A stretch of 64,000 nt of DNA from Octopus vulgaris (GCA_951406725.2 OX597834.1:42966001-43030000), one strand, 5' to 3'. Positions 14,281 through 30,276 are shown, counted from the stretch's first letter. The notes: generated from the letters alone by a model not told the origin. Numbers and translations are program-made.

Positions 14281-14772
14281 TTGTAATTTTCCGTTAAGGT
14301 AAGATGAACAAAAATGTACTCCATGCAGTGACAGTTAAATACCTTTTAATGTTCACTGTATTAAAATAAGAGGTGCTAATAGTTATTGTTGATTGGACCA
14401 CGTGGTCAGCCTAATATTTATAGGTCGCCTGTTTTTTATACCACACACATTATGTTTCATATATATATATATATAGGCTGAGTAAAAAGTTATTAACGTT
14501 TCGAACTATGAAGAATTTGTACCGGATTTGAAGAAACGCCAAAAAGCTGAGGAGGCAGCATACTTCTGTTATTCACTTTTTTTCTTAGTTCTTTTGCGCC
14601 TGAAGAATATGTTTGAGTTTTCTCACCGCATGCAATTAGTAGTAGCGCTTTAACACATGTATTTGTTGTGCCCTTTAAATTAGTTATATTTATTCACCTC
14701 TCACCAGATGGAGTAGTGCTTTTGTTGAATTTTCCATTACAAAACATACATTACACACACACACACACACAC

Positions 14773-14881
14773 AAAGGCAAAGTCAACCTCGACAGAATTT
14801 GAACTCAGAACGTAGCGATGGGTGAAATACCGCTAAGCATTTCGTCCAGCGTGCTAACGATTCCGCCAGCTCGCCGCCTTA
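14773..14881 (-). mobile_element. SINE family A 5' fragment
   Basis: aaggcaaagtcaacctc...gaatttgaactcagaacg...ccagctcgccgcc. Confidence 0.85.
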
Positions 14882-14927
14882 TTAATAATAATAATAATTA
14901 TAATAATAATAATAATAATAATAATAG

Positions 14928-14967
<40 letters not shown>

Positions 14968-15095
14968 AAGAATGTATGCTCCATCTTTTTCTTTGGATTT
15001 TCTTCAACACTTTAGCATTTTCAGTTTTGCTTCTTTTGTGTTAACCAAAGAAAAAAAAAAGAAGCCCTCACACCACATAAACTTCTTATTGCTTT

Positions 15096-15124
15096 GATTT
15101 ATTATCATTATCATCATTATTATT

Positions 15125-15189
<65 letters not shown>

Positions 15190-15338
15190 GATTATTATTA
15201 TTATTGTTGTTGTTGTTATTATTATTGTTGTTGTTGTTGTTGTTGTTATTATTATTATTATCATTATTGTTATTAATATTATTATTATCATTATTGTCGC
15301 TGTTGTTGTTGTTGTTATTATTATTATTATTGTTGTTG

Positions 15339-15390
<52 letters not shown>

Positions 15391-15430
15391 CATTATTGTT
15401 ATTATTGTTATTATTATTATTATTATTAAT
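15096..15430. repeat. (TTA)n/(TTG)n compound microsatellite
   Basis: directly visible. Confidence 0.95.
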
Positions 15431-16000
15431 TTTCTTAACTCTGCTATTTGTTGTGAAACAAAATCAATGATATTGCTAAGCTGAGGAAAACGAAGAATTC
15501 CATAGCACTGGAGTAAGAGAGTTGTTAGCTTTGTTAATAAATATATTAAATTATCTTTCTTCTCAATACAGAAACAAAATTCGATTACACGTCATTTCTA
15601 ACTAGAAAAGGCGACAATATATTTTTTCTACAATTTTTTTTTTTACCTTCTTTATATTTATTTTGTTTCATTCACTTCTTTCTTTTTTGTCATTCTTTTC
15701 TTTTCTCTTTCTCTCTCTCTTTTCTTTCGTTTTTCTTTCTTCGATGTTTTTCACTTCAATATCGGAATTATTTAATTTTCCCGCAATGAAGCAGGAACTA
15801 AACGGGAGGAAAAATAATTAAGTCAAAATTATTATCGATGTATTTCGTTTCTACATTTTTGGAGGGAAGTAAAAATTTATCTTTGCTTTAACATAATATA
15901 CAGTGATTCTTTATTCTTCTCTTCCATTTTGTGTACACATACATATATCCATATCTATATATCTATATACAGATAGATATAACACATACATTTACATATT

Positions 16001-16044
<44 letters not shown>

Positions 16045-16290
16045 GAGAGAGAGAGAGAGAGACAGAGAGAGGTGTGAGATGGAAGTTGTGTGTGTATATA
16101 TCTGCGTGTGTGTGTGTGTGAGAGAGAGAAAGAATCTATGTAAATATGTGGGGAGTGAAATGCGTTCAAAATTCAGTGTCGATCTTCAAACTCATCCAGT
16201 TATTCGCAATTAGGCATTTAAGTGGTTGTTATTGCCTTTGTTTCAGGAGATGATTATAACTAATTAATCTATCATAGTTATTGTTGCTGA

Positions 16291-16510
16291 TCTTCTTCTT
16301 CTTCTTCTTCTTCTTCTTCTTCTTCTTCTTCTTCTTCTTCTTCTTCTTCTTCTTCTTCTTCTTCTTCTTCTTCTTCTTCTTCTTCTTCTTCTTCTTCTTC
16401 TTCTTCTTCTTCTTCTTCATATTCTTCTTCTTCTTCTTCTTCTTCTTCTTCTTCTTCTTCTTCTTCTTCTTCTTCTTCTTCTTCTTCTCCTTCTCCTCCT
16501 CCTCCTCCAC
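16291..16510. repeat. Long (TTC)n tract ending in (TCC)n
   Basis: directly visible; source of the poly-K and poly-F ORFs. Confidence 0.95.
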
Positions 16511-16759
16511 CTCCGTCTTCTTCCCTCTCAACTGGTATCTCCTATTAAATATCTCTCTGTATTTTTCTTGTTCCTTTGTTTTATTTAGAGACCAATTGCT
16601 TTTAACTACTTCTACGTATTTTATTTTCAACCTAAAAAGAAACATACCCTGGATATTTGATTGCATTAATTTGTCGCACATTTCGGAAGATAAATTCTGA
16701 AAAAAATCTCCAATATTTCATGTTGGATCTTGTGGCTAGAATGAAAAATTTTATTTTCG

Positions 16760-16913
16760 CTAGAGTCACTCCGCTTTTAGTCCAGTGCATCTCACTTGCA
16801 CCCAGAATTCTCGATCGATAGCGGTTCAATTGGCGAAGCCGTTGGTCATTGTTACACAATATACGGTTTTCGAAGGTTCCAGGAGGCAACTCAAGCTGTT
16901 TTGTTTGGTGCAC
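16760..16913 (-). pseudogene. Decayed LINE (RTE-like) APE endonuclease N-terminus
   Basis: GTFENRIL...LNRYRSRILGASEMHWTKSG resembles the recalled APE motif GTWNVRTL...LxRYxxDILGxSExRWTGSG. Confidence 0.6.
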
Positions 16914-17431
16914 AGCCTCGAAGTCTTCATCAAGGGCCGGGCAACCGCTAGACTTTGCACCAGTCGTAACTTGGAGAGAGTTTTTCTATTCATGCTGGAT
17001 GTTGTTAACAAGATTTTTACTCATCTCTGTTGTGATTATACTTTCACCCACATGATTCGTTTCCCTCAGTGGTTCTGCTAAAAGGTTGCTAGCGCGTCAA
17101 CCAGCCTCTTCTTGTCGCGTCCGGGCTTTGACCGACGGTGCCAGAAGAAGAAATGCTCAAGGTAGATATAAAATGGGTACCAAGAAAGGGATGTAGAAAG
17201 AGAGGGAAGATAAAGAAGACATTGAAAAAAAAAAGAAACAACATCGGCCGACATGACAAGCGCAAAAAAAACCAACAGAAAGAGGAACGTGATGAAAATT
17301 ATTTTAGCATTTTCTGCCTTGTCTTATTTTCCTTATAGATATCAACTCGTGTATTACATTTCAACATTCTTCATACACACACACACACATACACACATGC
17401 TCGCACACACACACACACACACACGCTCGCA

Positions 17432-17462
<31 letters not shown>

Positions 17463-17466
17463 CGCA

Positions 17467-17498
<32 letters not shown>

Positions 17499-17621
17499 GG
17501 AGAGAGAGAGAGAGTGAGAGAGAGAAGGGGAGTGAGATAGATAGAGAGACAGAATAAAGTGATACACATACATATATATAATAGATGTATATATCATTTA
17601 TATATATATATGTATGTAATT

Positions 17622-17715
<94 letters not shown>

Positions 17716-17758
17716 TATAGAAAGACAGAGAGAGAAAGAGAGAGAGAAAAAGATGCAG

Positions 17759-17822
<64 letters not shown>

Positions 17823-17823
<1 letters not shown>

Positions 17824-17958
17824 TAAAGCACGATTCATTCGTGATCAGAGGCGTTCGCAAACCGAGGTACTAGTGTATTAAATGAATATGAGGATGACAG
17901 GAGATAAAGTACGATTTATTCGTGATCAGAGTTGTTCGAGAACCAAGGTTCTACTAAT
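17823..17958 (+). repeat. Two tandem ~55-bp copies (81-bp period) ending in a pogo/Tigger-like right TIR
   Basis: ataaagcacgattcattcgtgatcagaggcgttcgcaaaccgaggtac versus ataaagtacgatttattcgtgatcagagttgttcgagaaccaaggttc. Confidence 0.6.
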
Positions 17959-17987
17959 ATACATATATATAAATGCCCACATATACA

Positions 17988-18026
<39 letters not shown>

Positions 18027-18134
18027 TTTTTATAATTGCCATGTACGGAACTGCAGACACAGTAGAGCTTGAAGTTAGATGAATTTGTTGTGTTTGTGTG
18101 TGTGCATATGAGCATGTATGTGTATGTATTTTTC

Positions 18135-18173
<39 letters not shown>

Positions 18174-18534
18174 TGTGCGTGCGCGCGCGCGTATGTATAT
18201 TTACAAAGAAACTTATACTTAACGTAAAGCGTCCAAGGGTTTAGATCTTAGCGCAATGGTCATTTCTTGACCCGATCAATTTTTATACGAGGCGTTTTTG
18301 ACGGTTATCTCCATCTAAAAAGCTATATCTTATGGAAGAAACCCAGCCGTACATGACTAAGACCTCTAATACCTTAATACGTTTTTCTGATCCTATGATA
18401 GGCCCTGCCTCTCATACATCATCATGTCGTGACTCGTTGGGATTAAGACCGTTACGTGTTTTTCAGTAAAGAGATCAGTGCTTTTTAAACCTCTGTCTTT
18501 TTCTATACATCTATCTGGATTTCTTTATGATTAT

Positions 18535-19870
<1,336 letters not shown>

Positions 19871-20260
19871 TACATACATAACTGGTTGATATACAGTTGT
19901 AAGAGAAAGCTTAGAAGAGAGGCAGAAAGTGTTCATGTGATGGATAGAGTGGGTAAGGAGAACGTTGCTTATTCCTCTGCGTTGGTAGATCATATCTCCA
20001 CATAGGCGTGTAGATCTAGATCCTGTACGTATTAGCGTATTACGGACTGAATCATTTTTATAGACTTGACTGTTGCTATTGAGAATTAGTCCTGTAAAGA
20101 AGCGATGCTATTATAGACAGTAAGTCAGTGAACCCTCCTATTTGATCAGTTGTTTAGATATAATATATAGATTCTCTTTAATATCTTCTTGTTTGATGGG
20201 GGAGGAAAACATTTCTGTTTGGCAGGAGTTTTATTGGACGAAACTGACCAGAGATATTGT

Positions 20261-20520
<260 letters not shown>

Positions 20521-20524
20521 TCAA

Positions 20525-21430
20525 TTGAAAGACTGCCATCTGACCAGAAGACGCAAATTCTGAAGAAATTAATTGTAATGAACCTGAAAAAGATAAGGAG
20601 GAAAATGGAAATGGCAAAGAAACACTATTTGGAGACTATTTACTGAAGATCTTAGAAAATTTGATAGAACTGAAACAGATTCCTGAATAAGCTTGCAGTT
20701 GTAAGATACGCCAGTATGTATGATAGAGAACCATTTCATAAGCTCTTAAATACAATACAAAATAGAAAACAAATTAGAATTGGAAACTATGTAACAAAAG
20801 AAATTATACAAGAACTAAAACGAGATCTCACTGAATTAAATGAAATTATTTACGCAGCTTCTAATACAATTGAAACCAGTTATATGCCACTAAAAAAATA
20901 AAGAAATACAAACCTGAGAAGAATTCAAAACTGGAAAAGTAAAATTGAAAAAGAGATTGAAATAATGAGAGGTGACATATCATTATTCAATGAAAGAAAT
21001 CTGTGGAAACGATGCAAAGTCCAGAAAAGGGAGAAAGACGAGGCGAAAACATAGATTCTCGCTTAGAGAAGATCTGCTTTCAGCAAGGGACACACTGCAA
21101 CAAAAAATCCAATCAAAAGCTCAAAGAATACGAAGATTTGAGAAAAGAAACAAATTTAACAAGCAAAATAAGCTGTTCACATCCAATGCGAAAATAATCT
21201 ATAAAGAAATAGGGAAGGAGAAAATAATCGTTGAAGAACCCACTGCCATGGAAGCGATGAAGAGAATTACAATGATAATGCAGACCGGATTAGACGCACC
21301 GAAGGATCCTACCAAAATTTACCAGATTAAGCATGGAGGTCATCACAATAGCAGACCTAAGAATGACACCCACGAAGGCTCTTAAGTGGAAATCCCCTGG
21401 TAATGATAGGGAGAGAAATTTCTGTTAGTC
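20525..21430 (+). mobile_element. Decayed Dong/R4-clade non-LTR retrotransposon fragment (region upstream of and into RT domain 0)
   Basis: frameshifted pieces LTELNEIIYAAS, WKSKIEKEIEIMRGDIS, QKIQSKAQRIRRFEKRNKFNKQNKLF and KWKSPGND (21384-21407); directly follows (TAA)n. Confidence 0.8.
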
Positions 21431-21877
21431 CAGTTATTCAATGAAATTATGGACTCTCGAATAAGAACAAAGCAAGTTGGCACAACTCTTCCAAATACAG
21501 TTTTATGTAAACCATATAGAGGATACCCCATTTAAGGTTCCTAGAATGAACAATGTGCATACTAACATGCGTACAGTATATGGCATACATGTGAACACAT
21601 ATACACGTACAGAAAATAATGAAACACTCCCTCATACAGTAATATGCTGTATACACCTTGTACGTGATGGCAATTTCCTCTACCTGTGCATGTATTTATA
21701 CTGCCCGTGAAATCTCATTCACATATTCACAAATCTCAAAAATGTCCTCTTCACTCAAGCGAACAAACCTTGTGATCATCAATGACAATTTTGAATTTTT
21801 TACGCATGTGTCATATATCTTTAACAATCATTTCGCCAGTTCTTTCTCCTGTTGCAAAGTTACAGAAGAATGTTACA

Positions 21878-22263
21878 GTGGCTGTGTGGTAAGTAGCTTG
21901 CTTACTAACCACATGGTTCTGTGTTCAGTCCCACTGCGTGGCACCTTGGACAGCTGTCTTCTACTATAGCCTCAGGTCGACCAAAGCCTTGTGAGTGGAT
22001 ATGGTAGACGGAAACTGAAAGAAGCCTGTCGTATATATGTATATATATATGTGTGTATGTGTTTGTTTGCCTGTGTTTGTCCCCCCAACATCGCTTGACA
22101 ACCGATGCTGGTGTGTTTACGTCCCCGTAACGTAGTGGTTCGGCAAAAGAGACCGATAGAATAAGTAATAGGCTTACAAAGAATAAGTCCTGGGTGGATT
22201 TGCTCGACTAAAGGCGGTGCCCCAGCATGGCCGCAGTCAAATGAATGAAACAAGTAAAAGAGT
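21878..22263 (+). mobile_element. SINE family B, near full length
   Basis: tRNA-like head, CORE-like segment, internal microsatellite, 3' tail ending gtaaaagagta. Confidence 0.9.
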
Positions 22264-22722
22264 ATGTATGGTATATCTTTCTTGTTAGAAGTTTAACGTT
22301 CATTTCGCCAGCTTCCTTCTCCTGTTGCAAAGTTACAGAAGAATGTTTCAGTACTGCAAAGGTAAATAGTTTTGATCTATTGGAAAAACTTTACCCATCC
22401 AATTTTAAGAATCTCTGGCAGTTTATTATTGTCAAGGATATCTCGATCATCTGCAGGGTATGAATTAAATACGTATATTTTATGGATCTCTGTATCTAAA
22501 CATAAGTATATTTGATTCATGTATGTAGCGGGAGAAACGGCAGATAACAATGTTTGGATGCAGCTCGATTGATGTAAGATAAACTAAGATCTCACTAGAA
22601 AGATCTCAGATTATCTTTGTCATATTTATGGCTTGAAATGGTAAAATTTTGGCTTTGGAGATCACTTGAGCAACTCATATATATAAATGGAGTTACGCTT
22701 ACACACATACATACATTCATAC

Positions 22723-22753
<31 letters not shown>

Positions 22754-22986
22754 AATGTAGTTACGTATACAAACATACATGCTTACATGCATACATACAT
22801 ACATATCTGCGTACGCACATACATACATACGTGCATGTGCGCTCACGCGTATGTGTAGAATAGAATAAAAACTGGAATCTGACGATGACGATATCTTAAA
22901 CAATAAAATGTTAGTCTTTAATACTTGAAAGTTGAATGTTTGCGTGAATGATCAGGAGAAACAGACCGCCTATTTCCCTTCTAAAC

Positions 22987-23051
<65 letters not shown>

Positions 23052-23200
23052 ACATATGCACACACGTACACTCGCGCTCGCGATTTTGTGATTTAAACTT
23101 ACATAAACATCTAGATGAATATCTATGTGACCGCGTATGTATCGTTGGCAATTTTCTTTCTCCGTCTTCCCTTCTTTCGGCTTTGTCTTTTTTTTACTAT

Positions 23201-23235
23201 ATTTCTGACGAAGAGCTCCGCTCGAAACGTTAAAT
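23201..23235 (+). ncRNA. Minimal type-I hammerhead ribozyme motif (Penelope-like LTR type)
   Basis: attt-CTGACGA-a-gagc-tcc-gctc-GAAACGTT-aaat: stem I attt/aaat, stem II gagc/gctc, palindromic AACGTT in place of stem III. Confidence 0.7.
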
Positions 23236-24836
23236 CATCCTCCTTCTTTCTGTCCGTTCCTTAGCGTCCAATAACACTATAATTATTCTACTCCTCCTGT
23301 TGTTGTGTTTTCTCTTTGTTCATGTTTGGATTAACTACAAATACGTGTGTGTGTGTGTGTTTTGTGTGTGTTAACTGCGACTTTTTCACTTTTGATCGTT
23401 GTTCTTCACGTTGCCAATGGCTTTTCTTGACCATCCGTCCATGACTTCTCAGGAATATTTAGTCCCTCTTATCTGTAACTATGCGCTTTGTGTTACGATC
23501 TAACAGTGGTTAATTCAGTATAGTCTTCCCTCTTCCATCAGCCGTATGACCTAGCTAAAATGACAAATAATATTCCTAAAGTGTGTGCATATATTTATGT
23601 AATTATATGCACACACACACACATACACTCACATATGCATATAGTTATAAATATAAAATTAAATATATGTATGTATAAATATGTTGTTTGTGTGTGTATA
23701 TACGTATATGTATGTGTGCAACGAAATACTGCGATCACCAAACGTAAAATTCTTATAAGCTGTTATTAATTACGATTCACCTAAATCACACATGTTTATA
23801 TATTGTAAATGAAAACCTACTAAATTTGCTATGTCTAATCAAAAGATGAATTATATTTGCCCAAACACGTGCACATTCATACAACTGACAGCTATTTACA
23901 ACAAAATATAAAAAAACATCCGTCGTACATGCAGCCACATAAAATAATGCTTTGGGTTGAACACAATTCTATCTTCGTATATTATAAAACGTGGCGTTTA
24001 TATTTATTGAAACAACTTAACACATAATTTTCCCTCCATTATTATATTTTATTACGATTTTTATAGTTATGGTTTTTTTGGTTTTTAATGAATTTTTTTT
24101 CTTTTCTAAGCATTGTTGTTGTTTTTGATTTTTATGTATATTTAATGTTTGTTCTGCTTTTTTTTTTTTTGGTTATTTTGTTCTTAAGACACGACAAGAC
24201 ATTATTGGTAAACTTACTTCAGCTCATAAAACAGCATTATTTGAGACTTAGACATCGCTCACGTCTTAAATTATTGAAACACGTATTGTGAGGCAGTTAA
24301 AGCGAAGGGGATCAGAGAGGAGAGGGTTTGGCTATGAAGATGGAAGAGAGAGAAAAGGAGTGAAAGATGAGAGACGGTGCTTGGGAGAGATTGTACAGAG
24401 AGAAAGACTACGGGGGGGGGGGGGGAAAGACAAAGAGAAAGGCAGGAGGAAAAATGTAAAGGCAAAGACAGTTGGATATAAGAGCGAATGAGAAAGAAAT
24501 AGTCAAAAGAAATTTGTGCGAGAGGAAGAAGGAGACGATGAGAAATAAACTATTTTGACTGCTTTTTGGTAGCAGATCTCACACTTCTGCTGAGGTCATT
24601 CGTCATTTGACTCGAAGCAAACATTGGTGTTACCGTTTAGTTACAGTGCAAAGGCGATTCCTGACCTGTGTTTTGGTGCTTACTGAGAAAAGATGGAAAT
24701 GGAAGTGAAATGTCTGCCAACATACGGGGGAAATGCCATAATTATTAATCATTTCCTTTTATCACAGGCTTTTTGTTGGAACTCCTGCAACCTACAGTAC
24801 CATACTATCACCTCTTTACAGTTATTTAATATTTTC

Positions 24837-24837
<1 letters not shown>

Positions 24838-24900
<63 letters not shown>
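24838..24900. repeat. (TAT)n microsatellite
   Basis: directly visible. Confidence 0.95.
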
Positions 24901-25360
24901 GGGTGAGAGAGCAGTGCATGCCATCAAAGTGACACCGGGGTAAAATATACGAAGCCCAGCATACCCATAATGACTACCCGTCTGATAAGGGTACACCAGG
25001 CACATGAATCACAGCCATATGTGCGCGACATGGGGGTCTCATATCAAAATAAACAGCGCATGACCTTGCAATTAAGGCCCAGTTAGAATTTTCTTCTGGT
25101 CGAGTAACCCATCCCGCTCAAAAGGTCCTTGAATAAGGATTGTTTAAGGATGTTGAACGAAACACCCATGTTTCCAAAGGTGAGTTATCCAAACCTCTAA
25201 GAATTCCTTTCAACGCATGGCTATGCTGATCCCCTACTATTCCTGCTCGTGATCAGAGATGCACATATCGTCAGCCACTGAGGGACATGATCAACTGGTT
25301 ATGGTCAAACAACTGACAAGCAAATCTGTGGTATATGAGCAGAATATTTACTGTAGCCCT
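24901..25360 (-). mobile_element. Unclassified interspersed repeat ending in (TAA)n on the minus strand; possible Dong/R4-type 3' UTR
   Basis: abrupt GC-richer block fused to (TAT)n; no ORF; classification is inference. Confidence 0.35.
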
Positions 25361-25364
25361 TCTT

Positions 25365-25690
25365 TTATACCATGTTGGAAAACGCCTGAAGCACCCGTAC
25401 ACTTGTGTGCGGGTCATACGTCCGGACCATACACTTTCTGCAAATTTACGTAGGCCTCTGAGCAGGTATCGCCATGGCAACTTTCTCTGTCATGGTGAAT
25501 GCGACGATCTCACGCTACACACCTTCCTTCCAAGCTCAGCTTCAAACAGCGGAAATGAGCTTGAACGGTAAACACTTAATGCGCATGCACATAAGAGTTC
25601 AAGGTCAATCTTTGCCAACCGGCTTCACTCTGCGTACTTTATTTTCGTTACTATGGCAATATTGCGGATACTTATTGATCCGACCTCGTA
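25365..25690 (-). mobile_element. Mariner 5' fragment with one TIR
   Basis: minus strand begins TA-cgaggtcggatcaataagtatccg; frameshifted HTH segment LQKVYG...MTRTQVYGCFRRF. Confidence 0.75.
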
Positions 25691-25713
25691 TATATACATA
25701 CATACATACATAT

Positions 25714-25774
<61 letters not shown>

Positions 25775-25846
25775 CATACATATATATATACATACATACA
25801 TAATACATACATACATAATACACACACACATATATATACATACATA

Positions 25847-25888
<42 letters not shown>

Positions 25889-25889
25889 G

Positions 25890-26045
25890 CAAGGGGCTTC
25901 TTTCGGTTTCCTTTTCTCTAACTTACTCACAAGGCACTGGCCGGTCAGAGGTCATATCAGAACACAGTGAAATGCGTCACACAGTGGTACTGAACTCAGA
26001 AGCGTATGCTTAGAAAACAATCTTCTTAACACACAACCAAGCTGT
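25890..26045 (-). mobile_element. SINE family B 5' half, diverged
   Basis: gggcttctttcggtttc...actcacaaggc. Confidence 0.65.
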
Positions 26046-26067
26046 GTGTGTATGTATGTATGTATGA

Positions 26068-26130
<63 letters not shown>

Positions 26131-26794
26131 CATGCATATATACATACATACGTATATTCATTCATACGTACATACATACATATCCATACGTACATACGTA
26201 TATATTTATGCATGCACATATATTTTGTCTGTGCGCATACAAATATACATACATAGCTATAGCTATATATCACATGACCCCATCAAATAACATTTAATTG
26301 TTATATACGTTATTGATGAATATATCACATTTACATGGCATAAAAATATAATACATTAAATCTATTAGGTGTGAATTGAACGAATTTTCTCGCTTTTGTT
26401 TCTCTTATGATTTACCCATTTCGCGTTCAATTTAGCTCAGAAATAATGCATTTTCCATTACACACTACCAATTAAACATCGTTATTTGTCAATTAAACTT
26501 CTTTATTTCTATATTTATATTTCATATTTTGATTTTTTTTAATGGTTTATGATACACCTTACTTTCATGTGAGATTATATGTGGTACACTATTAAATTTA
26601 TGGTGGTTTTGTTTTGTTTTATAAGTAAATACATTATAAAGGCAATAAACTACATCTACGTACATCATTATTGTGAAGGCAGGATGGTTCGTTAATATGG
26701 GCGATAATAGATCATTCCGCTGATTGGTCTCCGATTTGAAATACGTTGCTAAGGAAGTCTATATTTTTGTGTATGTATGTATAACTCTAAGCAC

Positions 26795-26897
<103 letters not shown>

Positions 26898-27021
26898 TAT
26901 ATGTATATGAATATATATTCATATATGTATATGTATATATATGTTCATTTATGTATATGTTTATATATATACATATAGGGGTGTATATATGTATATCTAT
27001 GTATACAGATATGAGTGTGTG

Positions 27022-27068
<47 letters not shown>

Positions 27069-27177
27069 CTATGGATATGCATTATATATATGTAAGTATA
27101 TATCTGTATAATATATGGCTAATGAAAATTGACTGAAACAAATAAAAGAATAAATATTATACATATATGTAGCTGCC

Positions 27178-27333
27178 GGGCGTTTCTGAGTGGTAAGAAA
27201 CTTGCTTCCCAATCACATGGTGCCACATTCAATTCCAATGCGTGGCACAGCGGTTGAGTTTTACTATAGCCTCGGGCTGACCAAGGCCTTGTCAGTGGAT
27301 TTGGTAGACAGAAACTAAAAGAAGCACGTCGTA

Positions 27334-27376
<43 letters not shown>

Positions 27377-27576
27377 TTGTGTGTTTGTATTTGTTCCCCT
27401 ACAAGCGGTTGAAAACCGATGTTGGTGTGTTTACGTCCCCGTTACCAAGCGGTTCTGGTGAATTGACCGATAGGCTTACAAAAAATAAGTCTTGGGATCT
27501 GAAATACTGAAAGAAGTATAAAAAGTATAAAAATAAAAGGATATAATGTATACATGCATATGTATATATATATATG

Positions 27577-27643
<67 letters not shown>

Positions 27644-27865
27644 TTGTGTATGTGTTTGTGTGTCTGTGTTTGTCCCCCTAAGCATTGCTTGACAACCGAT
27701 GCTGGTGTGTTTACGTCCCCGTCACTAGCGGTTCGACAAAAGAGACCGATAGAATAAGTACTGGGCTTACAAAGAATAAGTCCCGCGGTCGATTTGCTCG
27801 ACTAAAGGCGCTGCTCCAGCATGGCCGCAGTCAATCGACTGAAACAAGTAAAAGAGTAAAAAGTA
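27178..27865 (+). mobile_element. SINE family B copy followed by a second B 3' half
   Basis: 27178-27500 has head and body; 27655-27865 repeats the 3' half with tail gtaaaagagtaaaa. Confidence 0.85.
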
Positions 27866-28253
27866 TATATATATCAATACATGCATATATATGCATGTAC
27901 GTATATATATACATACAAATACACACACACATAACTTTCAGTGACAGAATCTGTATTACTACTTGGGGAAGTGTTTTCTTCTATGGCTCGGCCCGAACAA
28001 ATTTTTATGAGAGGATCTCGTAGACGGAATTTGAAAGAAGCCTGTCGTATATACGTATATTTATACGAACTACTGGTCGGTTGTGAAAGGTTCCTGGCTT
28101 TGGGTAAAACAAATTACAGCAGTATCAGCTAGATATGGTTTTATTCAACATATTCCCTTCTCAGGTTCACACAATTATTGCAGCGCTCCTTCAGTCTTTC
28201 TGAGACCTTTAAAACTGAGAAGACTGGGCCACAAGCGGGCCTTTCGTGATATA

Positions 28254-28302
<49 letters not shown>

Positions 28303-30276
28303 GTATACATATATACATACATACATACATACACACACACGCACACACACACACACACACATATATACACATATATATATATGTATATATATATATATGT
28401 ATATATATATGTATATATATGTATATATATATATATGCATATATATGTATATATATATGTAAGTATATATATATGTAAGTATATATATATATATACATAC
28501 ATATATAGATAGATACATAGGCAGATAGATGGATAGATAGATGGATAGAGAGATAGATAGATGAATAGATAGATAGATAGATAGATGTATAGATATGCAT
28601 GTGTACGAATACACACAAACACACATATACACATACGTATGTTTTTATTATATTCATTTCCATCTATAGTTGCAGTTAGTATCGTGTCTCTGTTTACTGG
28701 CGAGATGTTGGACAAAAATGTGTCATTGCCTTTATTCAGTAAAGCTCTAACTTCTTCTCTCATGATGGTTGTACACATATATTTAGCTACCATCATTATC
28801 AAACATCGCCCACAATAAACAATATCCATTCATTGACTTTTGACGTTGTCAAATACCCTTTTATAGTTTTCGAAATATTTACACGTATTAGCTTTTAATG
28901 ATATTTTGTTTAAAACACTTTAAATATATTATGTTAATATTCTTCATTTTCCAATAGAGCGAACTATATTATCAATGATAATAATACATCGATGATATCT
29001 AATATCTATGCAACAACACTTAGTAGTTTTGTTTGAAGATCTAATATCTGTTTTATTGTGTCATGGGGCGATGATAATTCCCCACAGATATCTATAGATA
29101 TATCATATTTCATCGCCACCTTCTCACCACCATATTAAGTGTCGTTATCTTTGACTATTATCTCTCAATGTATAAAGGCAAAAATCTATAGAAATACGAA
29201 TATTCCATAGTAGCATCGTATAAATATAACTTTATTCTCATTAAATTTCGCCTGGAAATGAATGCCGTTATCTCTCTCTATGAACGTTGAGTTGTTATAT
29301 GTGTCTCGCGAAGGTCAGCGAGATGATCGCCCTATAGGTCAGCTACGTGTTTTGATATGAAACCATCAACCTAAAGTTCCCCGTTCCAAACATTGTTAGC
29401 AGCAATATAACAGAGTAGTGTGTGTTGTTCCGATTAACGCAGAGTCATTAACGTAATGTAAGAGGTCAACAGATCAAATCATTGAAGAAGAAAGCAATTA
29501 AGAAGAATTGTCCGTGCGTTAGAAGTGAAATGGCCATAGGGCATGGCTGGATAAAAGTATCCTTTTGTCAGAACGGAGCAGTGGAAAGCTCTGATTTGCT
29601 GAACCGCTAAAATACACAGAAGTTCACTTGCCGACAATAAAGTCGTCGTTTCTTTTCTCCGTCGTTCATGCCTAAAGCATCGTTGAACACACGTCGCAAC
29701 ATCTATACGATACATGTTTCATGTTCCTAATCTCTGTTAAACTCTTCTGCACAGTTTTAGACGGCTTACATGCAGCTTACAAGTTAAAACGATTTCACTC
29801 TGGCCAAATTTTATCACTCCGATATTTTGACATTATCGAATCATTTTAACAAGTATCACGAGTTCAATTCCATGTCTTATGATCGCCATACTTGTATTGA
29901 TGCATTCGTCTACAAGAATTCTCAACCTCTTTCGTTCTCCTACACTCCCCCTCTCTATTTATATACATATGCGTCTATCTGCATGTATGTATGTGTGTGT
30001 GTATATATATATAAAGAGAGAGAGAGATACATATACACACACACACATATATATATATACATATATACATACATATAGACGCATCTATATATATATATAT
30101 ATGTATAGGTAAAGATATGTGCATACATACTAACATACACACACTCACCCGCACGTCACACACACACAAACATACGAACGCTTACAAAGACTCGTAGTTG
30201 CATCAGATTAAAGCTCTGTTAGAGAGGAGCAGTCTCACACATGCACAGGCTGCGTGTGTACGTATCTGTGTGTATG

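Noticed and set aside
14490-14615. cgaaacgtt and ctgaaga hammerhead-like half motifs
   Set aside because: The two halves lie on opposite strands and cannot form one core.
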